DNA of 64,000 bases, taken from positions 1,798,001 to 1,862,000 of the forward strand of contig CM035359.1 of NCBI GenBank assembly GCA_020137815.1, given 5' to 3'. The notes under the pieces were generated by a model. It searched no databases and was not told where the DNA came from. It worked only from the letters and a program-made list of their open reading frames with translations. A program made the translations under genes and the position numbers. The stretch comes from Hormiphora californensis. Lineage: Eukaryota; Animalia; Ctenophora. Each line of letters starts with the position of its first letter. Position 1 is the stretch's first letter. Of this stretch, positions 41,592 to 56,033 are shown piece by piece.

Positions 41592-44500
41592 GAGGGCCCG
41601 CGGGAAAACTCGTCGCCTCTCCTCCTCTCTTCTTGGCCTGCCATTTCCTGTCTCCTTCTCTCCCTTTTCCTATCCCTCCCCGATACCCTTATTACCTTTG
41701 CATCGATTCCCTTTGCGTTCTCTTATTCATCACACTTCTCCTAACGGGCCATCTATTCCCTCTCCCTTCCTCTGCCCTATCTCCTCTCTTTTATCGTATA
41801 ATATATTTTATCTTTATTTGTAATTTTCGATCCTGGGTAAACATGGCAGACATACACACAATCATCCCTGATCTGATGATGGCACTACTTGTACAGTAAT
41901 ATCTCTGTATATCAAATGACCATCATGACCATCTCTCCCCCCATTTGACATGATTGTGTACAGATTTGAAAATGTTCTGTTGTTAGTGTGAAAAAGAAGC
42001 GATAGATTTTCATAGTATAGATCAATTTTGGGTGCAGTAAAATCATAACTCGAGTTTGTCAGTTCGGTGTTCAGAATCTAATTATTTGTTGATCCCTCTA
42101 TTAATTTCTGTGACATAAAACCGAACTGACACCACTATTATCTGATCCCCATAATAATGATTGACATGACCAAATCGGAAGATCGCGTGGCTAGACTTAA
42201 CAAACCCTTCCCTCATTCTCACTGAATCGAGCTTCTCTTAAAAGTTAGGAATAGATCCTAAAAACAAAACTATAGAAATTAGAACCAGCTTTTACTAAAA
42301 TAACATGACAAGCATAGATAATAGATATCAGCTGATAAGATCATTATTCATCCCCTGGATCTGCAGAATGGAAGTTTATCTCTCCTTTCCTCCAGTCCAG
42401 CTTGGGCAACAACATTGCATTGTTCCGTATTGTGCTTTATTTCCATCTCTTGCACCTCTAAAATAGAACAGTAGCTGTTATTATACTAGGTGAGAGACAC
42501 AAAAAATCTATCGTTTCTCTCTTTCTCAGACTCCTTCCAGTCTCTATCTTTCTATCTCTATCCATCTATCTCTATCCATCATCTTGTTTTGTTTTATTTT
42601 GGGGGCCCCCATACTCTAAAAAATTTTAAAATTTCCCCCAATTCCCCTCTTGGCTTAATTACGCTCCTAACACCTTCCCAATTCCCCCTTTAAATTATGC
42701 CCCCTGGCGGAAGGGGGGGAAGATTAAGGTGATCGGGTGTAAGTGGAGAGGGGGGAATTTTAGGTTTAAAAGGGGGAAAAAAGGGAAGAAGAAGGGGGGA
42801 AAAAAGGGGAAAAGGAGAGGAAGAGAGAAGAGGGGAAAAGAGAGGGGAAAAAAGAAAGATAGAGTTGGGGGGAAGGGGAGAGAGGGGGGAACCGTGTTGC
42901 CTTTTGCGCCCTTTTGGTCCCCCAAAAGAAAAAAGGTTTTTTGGTCCGCCACAAAAATTTTCCTGTTCTCCCCTGTCTGTCTCCCCTTTTCCTCTCTTTA
43001 TTCTCTTTTGGGGTTTCTCTCTTTTAAATCTCCATTTCCTTTCTTGGGGACAGTGCGGATTTTTCCGGGAAAATTTGGTTTTTTGCCCCAATTTCACCAT
43101 TGGGTCCAAACTTCTCTTTTCCCCTCCACCCCTTCCCCTTTTCCCCCTTCCCCTCCCCCCTCTTCTTTCTCTCCCTTACTTTCTCTTTTAAAAAGGGGGT
43201 GATCTTTAACTCTTTCTTTCTTTTCTTTTCGCCCTGGGCTTTCTGCCCCCCCAAAAAACCCTATGGGTCTCTTTTCTATTCCGTTTCTCTCTCACTCTCT
43301 TCCTCCACTCCCCCTATCTTTTCCTCTCCCATTTCTTCAAATTCGGGAAGAGAGAAGGGTTGGGGCATTTTTGTGAGAAAGCTGCATAAAATTGAGAAAC
43401 CGGTTTTGGGTGTTTTCTCCCTTTGGGGGGAAAAAAGGGTACCCCACAAAAAAACATATTAGCAGGGTAAAGAAATTTTTCCTTCCCCCCTTTTCCAACC
43501 CCCCCTTCACTCCCCTCTCTCTTCCTTTCTTTTCTATTTTCTCATTTTTCTAAATTTGGCCCCTCTCTTTTTTTTCTTTTTTTCCCTTTGTAAATTGGGG
43601 TCCAGTTATCGTGTGTTTTAGGGAAAAAAAAAACAAAAAACCTAAACCCAAAAGGGGGGTTCCCTTTTTTGGGCCCAAAAATTCCGGGAACCTTCCGGGT
43701 GGGGGACCCCCCCCCCATCCTCTTTGGGAAAAAAGGGAATGCCACAATTTCCTTTCTTTTTCTCTCCTTTTTTCCAGGGGTGGTTTAAAAACTGGGAAAT
43801 TTTTTTTTTTAAGTTCCCTGTTTTTTTAAGGAAAAAGGAAATAAAGAAGAAGGGAAACCCCCGAGGAAAGAGAAAAAACCAAAAACCCCGCCGAGGGGAA
43901 AAGAGGAGGAGAGGAGGGCCAATTTTTTAAAGGGGGGAAGAAGAGAAGACCCGGAAAGAAGGGATCTCTTTTTTCCTCTCCCCCTCTCCCCTTTTTTTTG
44001 TTGTCTTCTCTCTCTCTTTTCTCTCTCTCTCTTTTCTCTCTTTCCACTTCTCTCCTTTTTTCCCCTCTCTCTCTCTCTTTTTCTCTCTCCCCCTTCTCTC
44101 TTTTCCTTTTTTGTTTGCAACCCCCCCCAAAGAAACCCTTTAAACCCGGGTTAAGGCTTTGAACAGAAAAACCGTATGGCATTTTTTTGTTTAATTTTGT
44201 GGGTTTTGAAAACCCGTACCGGGGTTTTAAATACACGGGAAAAAGGAAAAGCGCCCAAGATAAGCGGAAATTTCTGAAAAGGGTAAGAAAAAAGTTCGAT
44301 TATAAGTGGGAATTTTTTTTTAAAGCGACGGGCCCCGCCCCCGCACTATTAGTTAAGGGGGAATTCTCCGGCCCTGAGGAGAAAAAGGATTGACCTGGTT
44401 CCCTTGGAAAGAAAAAAAAATTTATTTTTCCCAAATGGCCCCCCCGGGAAAAAAGGCGCTAGCTTTATCAGGAACCGGAAACGGTTTCAACCCGCTGCTT

Positions 44501-46261
44501 TTTTAATTTGGGGCCGGGCCCGGGGAAATTTTCCACGCTTGACGTGTGTAAGGGGGGGCTGGAGAGGAATAGCCTTTTTGTTTTAGACGTTCTGTTTGGG
44601 GCCCGTTCTAGATTTCAAATTTGGGGACCTGGGGTGCTTTTTAAAAAATTTTGGGGTTTAGTAGAAGATGTGAACCTAGGGCTGTATTTATGTGCGAGAG
44701 AGAGAGAGAGAGAGAGTGCTGCTCCATATAATTTGTTAACGAATTTGAATTATGTCCTATATATTTGCAATTTGATTGGCTTGTAATCAGCGGAAAGGGG
44801 GGTAGGGGCTGTTTAAAAGGTGGTTAAATTGAGCGCTATGTGCGGTGGGGTTAGTGGTTTATATGTTTCACAGAAGACTGTGACATGTCCTTGTTAAACA
44901 TGTGCTGTGGGTGTGAGGTGGTGTGAGGTGGTGTGAGGTGACGCTCCCTACCGCTTCGGAGTCATCGATTAAATTTTAATGGATGATTTTGTTTCCAATC
45001 CCAATATGATTCATAGTCCTTCCTTGCACTTCCTACTTTCCTTGCCAGCGTGAATTAAAAACTAAGCTTGATTTGTAATTTGTCATCAGATTCAGAAAAG
45101 TGAAAAAGGTTATAAAAGTGCTATCTTTATCTGTCATGTCGATGATTGATAATAACGCTGACAAATCATGCTCATGATCACTATATTAAAAGTTCTAAAA
45201 GGGATCCCTCTAAAAGAACTGTCAGACCTGTAGAGCCTATATTTTTTAGCTCTATCTTCCACGATATATTTATATATATCATCTCGCCATGACGCTGTCT
45301 CCTCGGAGGAGACTCCTCCCCTAGAGCCTCCAATCTCCATTAAAACCCATGGAGTGTCCTCCAATATGTTATCTCTCCCCGCATTATATGCGCTTGTCAC
45401 GTGATGCTAAATCCCACGTGTAGTGCACTATACAACCAATAAGCGAACGAGGCTTCTCGATCCAAGGCTGTCAAATGACTGTTTATTAGCCACTGGAGCT
45501 TCCTCCCGCTGGAGCTCGATATTGCCCTTTTTGTGCCTTTGCATATATTATTGTCATAAAGTGATTTGATATATAGTCACTGGTTGTGTCTTCCTGGTAT
45601 AGTTTGTTGAGAAGAGACTCTTTGAGGAGAACCAGATCGGATCACATCACCAGTTATACGATATCATTCTTGGAATCATCTTCATCAGAAGATTCGCCTG
45701 AAACAGGTAAGTCGTGTCACAAGGCTCTGTGTTATAATGAGAGTTTCTTCAATGCTCAGCTGCCTGGAACTCGAACCCACAAATCAGATCGCCTAACAAA
45801 ACGCACTTCATCCATCTATCAAGCATTATGTTCATTCTTTAGAACATGATTCACATGCAGCTGATAGAGGGTGGGTTAGCTTCTGCGGTTTATACTTAGT
45901 CGAAAGACGAAAAGGAGGGACCAATTGGCTTTCATTTTAATATTTCTCCTGATATATATCCTCATTCCTCTGCAATTGATCAACGGCCCACTTGTTACTC
46001 CTGCATAAAATACATCAATCATGCTACATAACGATGATCGGATACAGACAAAAGAAAGTCTTAGCAAGCAACATCAATCATCGTATGATAGGTCAAGGTC
46101 TACATGCACGTAGGACGGAAAAAAGATAGAAAGATAGAAAGATAAGATCTGGTTTTTCGGTTAACAAGTACACAACTACGCAAGTGGTTCACCCAGGTTA
46201 CTATATTTGTGGTTGTGAAACAAGCGATAACAAGCAAACAAGTTGTCAATAGAGACTCTCT

Positions 46262-46303
<42 letters not shown>

Positions 46304-47422
46304 TCTCTCTCTCCCTCTCGCACACACATAATACAGGTTTTTAAACCACAGATCCATCTAGTCGATGGAGTGGTGAGATCTATCACTTGATAATAGTTCT
46401 TTATCGGCAATATTGATCTTGTCCAATTGTTTGCTGTTTTAGATTGACCAAACATCATTGGAATCATCGGAATTTTTGAACTCAAGTTACTCTAAAACCA
46501 GCGTACTTCTTATTCCCATTGGTAAGTTCCCAAGCGCTACCGACTGAAAAGGGATTGTATCCTAAAGTTTCCATTTCCCAAGTGTCCAGTTTAAATGTGC
46601 TCCCTCCCTGTGTGTGCCTAGGCAAGGTGCCCCTCCCCCTCTATTCTGGTTCTCTCGCACTTTCCAGCACACTTCCAATCTCGTGCACGTCATGTTCATG
46701 GGATGTACACCGTAGTAAAGTATCAAGGATTCTCAATTGGGTTGTAAAACTTGCTTGATATAATGATATCGGATAAATTAAAATACCGTATCTCTGGTCT
46801 CTAAATAGAATAATCTAAAGCATTGCTTGATATCGATCGAAAAATCTAGAACGAAATTTATGAATTTGGACTTTTTAAACTTTGACAAACTATTCTGGTG
46901 CCTGGGATTGACGGATGGTGATTTAATGCTTATCAAAGAAGATTCCGGGTCATCTAACATTAGTCCCATCGGTGCTATAAAAGGTTCGACCTTGGGATTT
47001 CTTGCCATTTCTGTTTTGCAATACTTCTGTCCGAATTTCTCCATTACTGTCTGCTAAGAAAGGTATGTTAATGGCCAGTGGGTTTTCAATGGTTGCATGA
47101 AATTCAAACCAAATACCTAATTCATAAGTTCGATAGCATACATAACTTGCCTGGTTATAGACTACCAATGGCTGTGAGAGATTGAAAGTGAAAGAGAAGT
47201 GGGAGATATAAAGTAAGAGTGAGTCTGGACTGGACGGGGGAGGAGCTGGAGAGATGTGTTTACCTGCCTGGCACGAGCAGGGATTTTAATGAGAATTTAA
47301 CGAGTTGGACCGATAATTGGTTCACACACACACGCCTCATCTTACTCGTCAAAGTAGTTTAGTACAGACTGAACACATTATACTTGTGTTGTTTTATTTT
47401 CAAACCTTTGTTTTTGTTCACC

Positions 47423-47923
47423 ATGCCGGGTCGAATGCGTGGAGGGGCAGGTCGGAGTCGTCATGGTAACCAACAATTCTACAACGAAGCAGCATTCCAC
47501 CAAGTGGATCACTCCCACCACCATGCCCGATCCCGAAGATCCCGGTCCCGGAGACAGAACATCTCAGCAGCAGCCCTCCGCCGGATGATGCTCAGCTCAA
47601 CCTCCAGTAGTAACCAAGAGAACCTCTTTATTATGAGTAGTTTCTACCGCAGATACGAGGACGGGTCTTGGTTTGATGATCCACATTCCTACTGGTCATT
47701 CCAACGCCGAGCTGTCCTGATTAACACATGTTATGGTCCTGGACCGGGGAGATTTAATCTCGGGGTTCATACTAAACGGTTCCTGGCTATATCGGAGATT
47801 GCTCATGAGCTGATGGCACCTAGGAGGTACGGAGGAGGAGGAGGAGGGGCTGTCTGTCCTGATATGCTGGAACACTCGATTATTAATGAGGAACTGAGTG
47901 ATGGAGAGGACGAATACGGGTAA
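47423..47923 (+). CDS. Orphan Arg/His/Ser-rich ORF (166 aa, or a first exon ending at a GTAAG donor at 47920)
   Basis: ACCATG start; GC-richer coding-like sequence MPGRMRGGAGRSRHG...RSRRSRSRR...EELSDGEDEYG. Confidence 0.6.
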   Translation: MPGRMRGGAGRSRHGNQQFYNEAAFHQVDHSHHHARSRRSRSRRQNISAAALRRMMLSSTSSSNQENLFIMSSFYRRYEDGSWFDDPHSYWSFQRRAVLINTCYGPGPGRFNLGVHTKRFLAISEIAHELMAPRRYGGGGGGAVCPDMLEHSIINEELSDGEDEYG

Positions 47924-48611
47924 GGTTTAGGGGTAAAAAGATCATAGTGATGGGGAATGGGTTGGGTGAGAGCAGTAGGAAAGGTCAGTTTGTTTGTCTT
48001 GTTTGTCGGGACCTTGCAGTGCTATTCTACGACGCAGCATTGCATATATTAGATTGCTCCCAATAGCTGCCGTCTATCCAGTGTCCATGTCAGTCTCTAT
48101 TGATTAGGATCTTTGATTGGTGTTTTTCCTGTCATGTCTAGTGTCTATTAATATCCAAGGGGACCTCTGTCCTCTAGTGTGTTTTTCCTGGCACCCTTTC
48201 CCGCCCACATGCGTCACTCATCCAGGGCCAATAATAAACCTGTCAACCTACCCCTAGTTCATTAGTGAGCAGCCTGGACCACATGACATCCAATATATAT
48301 TACATGCCCCCCTCCTGTTACATGGTACTATTATTATATGATATAGTGGCACGGGGCACCCTGGAGTATATGATATTGTTATATGGAGTCAATGGCGAAC
48401 AATCAAAGTTCTAAAACTTGGTGATTTTAAGGACCTATACATACGTTCAAGATGATGTTGTAGTAATTCGGAATGATATATCAGCCCAGTACCCCCATTT
48501 GTATGTTCTGTCTGACAGGTTCATTTTGTTCATGATCCAGGGTTGCAGTACTGGGGAGATTGATGATGATAGAGGAGCTAGTTGATTAACTAGAGGGGAG
48601 AGAGAGAGAGT

Positions 48612-48679
<68 letters not shown>

Positions 48680-48823
48680 TCAGAGAGTGAGTATGTGTAT
48701 GAAAGGTTGCCAATGCCGAAGAAGTAGTAACTACAAGCTTTAATTTATCTCTAAGGGAAGAAGGTGCGAGGAGGGTCAACTGCAATGATCAAGTAAGGAG
48801 AGGTAGTAATAGTATCATTTCCC

Positions 48824-48859
<36 letters not shown>

Positions 48860-48878
48860 CTCTCTCTCTCTCTCTCTC

Positions 48879-48938
<60 letters not shown>

Positions 48939-50937
48939 ACTGCCCCCCACAATCACGTGATTATAGGGTCCCGGGATGATTGGTATAGATTAAGGGTGCA
49001 CCTCACATCTTGTGTGTGTGGTGCTGTGGTGAGATTGTGTGAGAGATGTCTTTGCAATAATACCTCTACTATAACATGTATGCTCCTTCTTCGATCGTAT
49101 TTGGTATCCTCCTGCAGTAGCGTGATATGTGATATGTGATATTGTCTGTGTGTGTATATTAGTGCGGCAACCACCAATGAGCATCGCTTCTGCAAGTGTC
49201 AGGTATGTCGATCACTCAAATAGTTTTTATGAAGGAGTAAAATTCAATATCTGTTTTTATGAAGGAGCACCGTTGTTGTTGAAAGATTGGAGACATTAAA
49301 GCAGCTTGTGGATATTGAAGTGTTCGCCTGTTCTGATCAATCTTGCTCAATGCTCCTAAGTCATTAGGAAATTAATGAGGATCAGAAAGTAAAGATTGTC
49401 CCTAGATATTGTTACAGTGGGGGAGAAGAGAGAGAGAGGGAAGAGTGAAGTCAAAAATAGAAGAGCAGGACTAGGAGAAAGTTGGGAAAGGTGTGCTCGA
49501 TTCAAGCAGATGTTCTGAGAGTAAGAGTGAGAGAGTGAGAGAGAAAGAGGATCATTAATCTGGCCAGCTTACGTGCATTTGCTGACACTACTCCATAAAA
49601 CACACCGTCACACACATATCCGAGAGTCTAGGATATATCTCCCATTTCATTTCCCCTCTTTGTTCGGATCTTGTGATATGATAATAATGATGACTGAAGA
49701 TGACCTGATGATTGGTACAACGAACCATGCTCAGGTTAGATCACTTTTAGTCACGTGATCCATGTTGTTTTTCCTGGATCTGGTCTTATATCGTATATCT
49801 GTCATCATGTTCCTTGCTTTGAATGCGGACTTCCGCAGGAGTTTAGATCTTGAGAATTTAGATTCGCGAATCTAAATTCTTAAGATCTAAACTTCTGAGG
49901 AAGTCTGAATATTCGTGTCATTTGCTCATTATGCGAGAGTCACTTGGCATGAGCATTTAGTGTCATAAGTCCATAAATAGGTTTTTAGGATCATGTGTCA
50001 GCTTTACTTAGCTATGGCGTGTAAATGCGTTCTGCCATGACTAGGCTAAACTCGGGGGAAATATAAATTGGACTTTGGACCTCACTCCAATTATATGCGA
50101 ACTATACAGAAAAAGATCCTAGAAATGTTCCATGGATGTGATGTAAAATGTAGCTGATAATACTTATGATGCTAAGACCTATGTACTGAGAGAATGGTTA
50201 CCAATAATACTACGCCACTATCTAACTGTCAAGTAACCTGTCACATTGCTCTTTCCCTCTCTCCTTCTATCTCTCCCTCTCTCTCCCTCTCTCTCTCCCT
50301 CTCTCTCCCTCTCTCTCCCTCTCTCTCTTCCTCTGCACAGACCGCTGCTAGAGTGTGTGTTCTTTGAGTGTTTATCTTCACTAGAATCTATAGCGTCATG
50401 ATCTCTCCTGTTCATCGTGGAATAATCAACCAGGTAAAAATTCGGGAGTCGGTGGATCGTGGTTTTTTGGGTAGACGAGTGGAGTTTAGTTTTGGGAGTT
50501 TGTTTATCACACATATCAAGTTCACCAAATTTTCATCATAAGACATCATAAGACATAAACTTTGAAACTTGAAATTCTAGCGCTCGACAAAATGTAACCC
50601 GCTGCCGTGCCTCACACTTCGTGAGAGAAATCATTATTATATGTTGTATAGAAACCAAGAGACATTTCCGCCCTTGAGGCTTTGGACAAAAGAAGACACA
50701 GAAATAGTTATCAATCGAACTTTCGATTGTTATCCTCGACATTTCTTACGACAATGTTTCCGCCCTTTTGGCACCATCCAATCCATCTAGTACTTCCATA
50801 TTTTGATCTAGGTTTTTTAGGAATACAGTTTTCTATTTGCTCTTCCAGTTTTCTAATTACTAGCTGCTAATTGATCTTCCAGTTTTCTAATTACTAGCTA
50901 CCTGCAGTATTTCCCAATGGACTCATCATGGTGACCC

Positions 50938-52745
50938 ATGGGCTACGGAGATCTCTTGTACTGTTCCGACGATTGCAACTACTACAGCGACAGTTGTAAC
51001 TCAGACAGGGAAGATAGCAGATCGGATAGATTTGATACCGCCTTCGTTTTTGCAGGTATATCGCTACGCAGTATCATCGTTTACTTTTGATAACCATGTC
51101 TGGCCCGGTAACCATGCTTGAATATAGTTACTAAAGTATCTTTGTAACTGCTTGAGATAGTAACTAAAGTATCCCGGTAAATACTCACTTTTGGGTCCAG
51201 ACATGGTAACCACCTAAGAAATGTCTGGGCGATACCCTTTAAAACTGTCTCTGATCTCTCTGTCTTCCTCTCTTTTTCCCTCTCTTTTTCTCTGGTATCT
51301 TTCTAGATAAATAGCTTGAACCCACCTCTCAGTTGATCGCTTGAGCTTCCTTGTTTGCTGATAACACCTCGTGTTCTAGATACTTTCTGGGGCCGTAACC
51401 GGTACGGAGACAACAGTTCAACTTCACGGAGCACCCTCACATCATCATCCTCCTCCTCCAGTTCATCCAGCAGCAGGAGGAGCAGCACACCATTCAAAAG
51501 TTACTCTTACTCTGAGTCAGGTGATTTATTCTGTGCAGTGGCAATAGGTTGTCGTGTTTTCCTTATTGTTTGAGTTGTGAAGAAGCCCGTGCTTGGATCC
51601 AAATTAGTCGGAGGTGATGTCAACCCCTATGTAATATTGCCAAGTTAGACTGTACAAAACAAATGTAATAAATAAGTTGTTCAGACTTTCTCTTGCGTGG
51701 CAGTTGATCGAGATACGAGACTATCTACTTTTGTAATGACAGAAGATTCAACAGTGCCTCATATTTAAAACAAATATCCAAGTCTCATGCCCCTTGTTTA
51801 GAAACAGAGTCAGACGAGCGAGAACAACAGGGAGAAGAAGGAGAGTTTCACGGAGCTCTAGGTGACAGAAACCAATCGGACTCAGAACAGGTAAGTTTCA
51901 GTGGAACACATAGATACTTAAATCCTAGACCTATGAAGACATCCCTAAAAGTTGTAGTTTGTGCTCCCTACCCTAGACGTTCTAACTGGCTTCCAACCAC
52001 CCTAAACTACTATATAGGACTATTGACAGTATAACCCCTCTTGCTTATATAATAGGACAGTGACAACCAGTATAACAACGGTGATTACGAAGGGGACGAG
52101 GACGAGGAGGATCGGAGTGATAAGAGCGATAAGGATCACCACTGCTCATCCAAACCACTCAACCTTACTGAAGTCGGAGGTAAGAAGTTCAAGTTCAACC
52201 TTCACTCATTACATGGTGACTGTGTCTCTGAATCATGTTCAATATCTGTATACATCTCTTCCCTTTCATCCCTACAAACATCTCTCCTCTCTTCTTCTGA
52301 ATCATGTTCAATATCTATATTATACATCTCCCCAAGATCAGCTGTACATCTCTCCCCTTTCATCCCTCCAAACATCTCCCCTCTCCAGTCTCCTCTTCTG
52401 AATCCTACACAAGATCTGTAATACATCCCATTCCTCACCAAACGTCTCTCCTCTCCTCTTGTGGACCTCTGAAGTGCTCACACTAACTAAGGGATGACTG
52501 TGACAAATGATCAGCTGTCTCTCTCATCTCGTAGTAGTTTGAAACGTCTCCTTTTGTGTATACATATTGATTCGAAACTCGAATTTAAACTGGATGACAC
52601 AAACACCTCTCAAGATATTATGGGCTCATCTCTTGCCCTCTATATCCTATCAGCAGGTGACGGTCCTGCCGCTAAACGAGCATCTCCTGAACCCCTTGAC
52701 GAGCCGAAACCAAAGAGGAGGAGAGTCAACAGAGTAGCAGCGTAA
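50938..52745 (+). CDS. Orphan Ser-rich/acidic nuclear protein, ~187 aa; exons 50938-51055, 51380-51520, 51802-51890, 52056-52179, 52654-52745
   Basis: Four GT-AG introns with compatible phases (1,1,0,1), 564 nt in total; ends in a bipartite-NLS-like KRASPEPLDEPKPKRRR. Confidence 0.72.
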
Positions 52746-53759
52746 GTCTGGGGATTTCTAACCCTCCTTTTACAATTATGGGAGGGTCAAACATGTTTGT
52801 GGATGCAGTCAATCTACGATGTAATGGTTGAATTTTGGAAATATGAAATCCAGTTGGGGTTGACTTTTGGGGAATTCAAAATGGAAAAACATTACAAAAT
52901 CAAAATGTTAAAACTAAAAACAGGATACTAAAAAAAGTTACTGAGAATACGTAGTAGTATTATAGTGCAAGAAGCCCCATAACAACGTACATGTCCCAAT
53001 TTATTATGTTTCCGGGTGATTTTCAAAGACTCTACGTGGGAGGGGTACAGCTTGTAAAAAACGGAAAAGCTGTCCCTCATATATCCGTCCACAGGGAATA
53101 TATCCGAATATATTAATCAACTATATAGCTCTCTATCCTTCGTGGTATATATATTCCGCGGGTCGTGTCCTTGCAGCTTTCCTGCAAAAACGCACACTAC
53201 ACACATCTTTCAGTAGACTTACTGGTGTCGCCACAGCTCCGCTCTCCTTCACTGCACTCAGTGTTCTATTAGTACTCGTGTTATTTCTTTTGTGTTAACT
53301 CCTTCTTCTACTCCAACCCTATCCAAAATCCTTCTTGCTGAGGAATATATCCAGCTCTAACTCACCGGATCAGTATCATCTTTGTCCTACATCACTGCAT
53401 TTCCTACTGACTATACCCTTTAACCAACATCAGCCCAACTATACTCCTTTAAACTACTCCGGTGTAATTTCCAGAAGAAGAATCCAGTTTTGTCATCATG
53501 TCGAGGTAAGACATTGCAGTTTTTCAGAAACTCATTTTTGTATTTTCCGATTTTTCAGATCTGAATTCTGTTGAATTTTAACAAAAGTCGTTAATACAAT
53601 GATCATCACTTTATGATCCAGTTTTGTTCCACAAAGAGTTAGCTCATATTGTGTCAAATGGAGGTTTGTGGTATACAATTGAAATGACCATGGTTTAGTC
53701 ACTCTGCGGTTGGAAGATACTTTAAACCGAGGGAGAGAGAGATAGAGAGAGAGAGAGAG

Positions 53760-53838
<79 letters not shown>

Positions 53839-54105
53839 AAGAGAGAGAGAAACTTTATACTTCTTACGTAAAACTAGGTCATGTTTGACCACTGTAAACT
53901 GGGTGGAGCTGTTTAATATAATTGTTTTAAACCTAATTCATAATTTTAATTGATCGCACCTCAACATCATCTTCATCTAGAGTCTCCACCATTTAGCATC
54001 GTACTCCGATAACGGCTGATCCACGACCAAGAAATTTGTAACCCCTAACAACAAAAACTCTCTCTTCCTCGTTTAGGTGATGTTAAGAGAGAGAAACTTA
54101 ACTCT

Positions 54106-54150
<45 letters not shown>

Positions 54151-55480
54151 TCTCTTCTTTAGCTTTGATCTATTTCAGACCACAACTTCCTTGATAAAAC
54201 GCTATACTTTTGTAGAGCTAATGTGTACTGCAGACGAGTACCTAAAATGCACTTTTCCCAAACTTTCTGTTCTCTGTGTTCACTGTTCGAAGTTCCCAGG
54301 AAAAACCACTACCATAATTTGCAACTACCATTTGCTAGGTACTCTGCAACATTTGGCATTGCTTTTGATATTTTATACGTGTGTTTCGATTAGAGAGCTC
54401 TCTGTTTGATCGATTAGACCTGCAAAGTTTTGTCACTTGCATGTAATTAGGACTCCCATTAGCGGTATGAATTGATAAGATTGAAGTCGCGTATTATAAT
54501 GTTCCGTATACCGACAACAACATCTCTCAGATCTACATCAACAACATCTCTCAGATCTACATTCTCGAACTTTGATCTACATCATGGCCTTAATCTTCAT
54601 GACCTCATATCATTGCTTTGATCCATGGAAGCAAGATGGAAGCAAGATGAAAAACTCCTGAACTAGTAACATCCATTGAGTTTTGTTTCTAATATCTCAA
54701 CCATTCGACCATTGTGATGTTATATATTGTCGATCTCTCCCCCATTAAATCCAACTGATTCTATCTTTATACACAATACGAGCTATTTGAAACTCTAGTA
54801 CTATATTATCCTGTAGAATCGTTAATCGTAGTAGCTGATTATATCATGAACATGTTACTAAATCGAGGAACACGACCTATTTGTTCGTCCTATATAGGAT
54901 TTTACTAAACAAAGCATATGCTTTGTTTAGTAAAATCCTCTATTTCTGTGCTTTTAAACTTTCTGAGACTCATCTTTTATTGATTTTGTTTTATAATTAA
55001 AATATATTTATTTTGTAGGATACAGGATAGAGCGTGTTAACCTGCTTTAGAAAAGGTCATTTGCGTCTGCAAATAGCTGAGCAAAGACTCAGCATAACAT
55101 TACCGAGGGTCGACTTCCGCTCTTAACCTATTAAGAGTTGGAAAAAGAAGAAGAGGCAAGAAATAGAGCACAGGCGACCACAGAGCGAGTAGTCGACACG
55201 TGGCCCTATTAAGACGTGAAACATTTTCCCACTGCCTAGTGCAACCAGTAGAGCTGTACAAGTGTCCACTCTAACCGAGTTCTGTGATAGGCTACCTAGA
55301 TCCTATAGCCCTATTGAATTAATTCACTAAATTATATGCTCAGTACCCAATATAGCAACGTCATATTGTCCTAGGTTGGATGAAATGGTTTTTCGAACAA
55401 ACACAGTCTGAAATTTCTATGTTGCTTTTACTCATACTGTTGTCCTTCAAACATGTCCTATAGGGTCTCATGTCTGGAAA

Positions 55481-55590
55481 CCTGGAACCGACCGAAACAA
55501 GTAAACAACCAATCAGAACTCGTTATTTAGGTCACGTGACTGGTTATCAGCCAATCAGGGACCAGTATTTCCTGATTTGGTCGGTTCATG
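55481..55590. mobile_element. ~110-bp hAT-like MITE (copy 2)
   Basis: Near-identical to 23291-23399; near-TSD TCTGGAAA/TCAGGAAA. Confidence 0.85.
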
Positions 55591-55953
55591 TCAGGAAACG
55601 CCCAGCTCAACAGAATCAGCTTTTCAAGACGAATCCAACACGGCCTTGGCTCCAGGCACACCGAAAAATGACCAAAATGGGGCCCGTAAGACCAGAGTTC
55701 CGGATAGTTGATATTCGTCTTAAAAAGCTGATTTAGAAAAGCTCAGTTTAGCTGGCGGTTTCGACCATCACATCTCGACCTCTACGATTTTGTTTTAATA
55801 AACAGTTCTGCTGAAAGTAATGAGCTTCGGTCTAAGATTCCATATACATGTCGCTCGATCGTAGTTTACAATTAACACATGTGCACTGTAGCTCTGTTTG
55901 GTTCAATAGCCAGTAGTCCTCAAAATTTGTCGCTCCTAGGAAATGAAACTTTG

Positions 55954-56033
<80 letters not shown>

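Noticed and set aside
42590-44700. Dense cluster of low-complexity ORFs
   Set aside because: Homopolymer-inflated read-end artefact; a similar patch occurs at 59400-59660
45750-45800. tRNA gene (B-box-like GGTTCGAGTTCC on the minus strand)
   Set aside because: No cloverleaf can be built; at most a SINE remnant
46350-47170. Minus-strand gene from short ORFs (e.g. 46778-47044)
   Set aside because: No recognisable motifs and no consistent exon chain could be built
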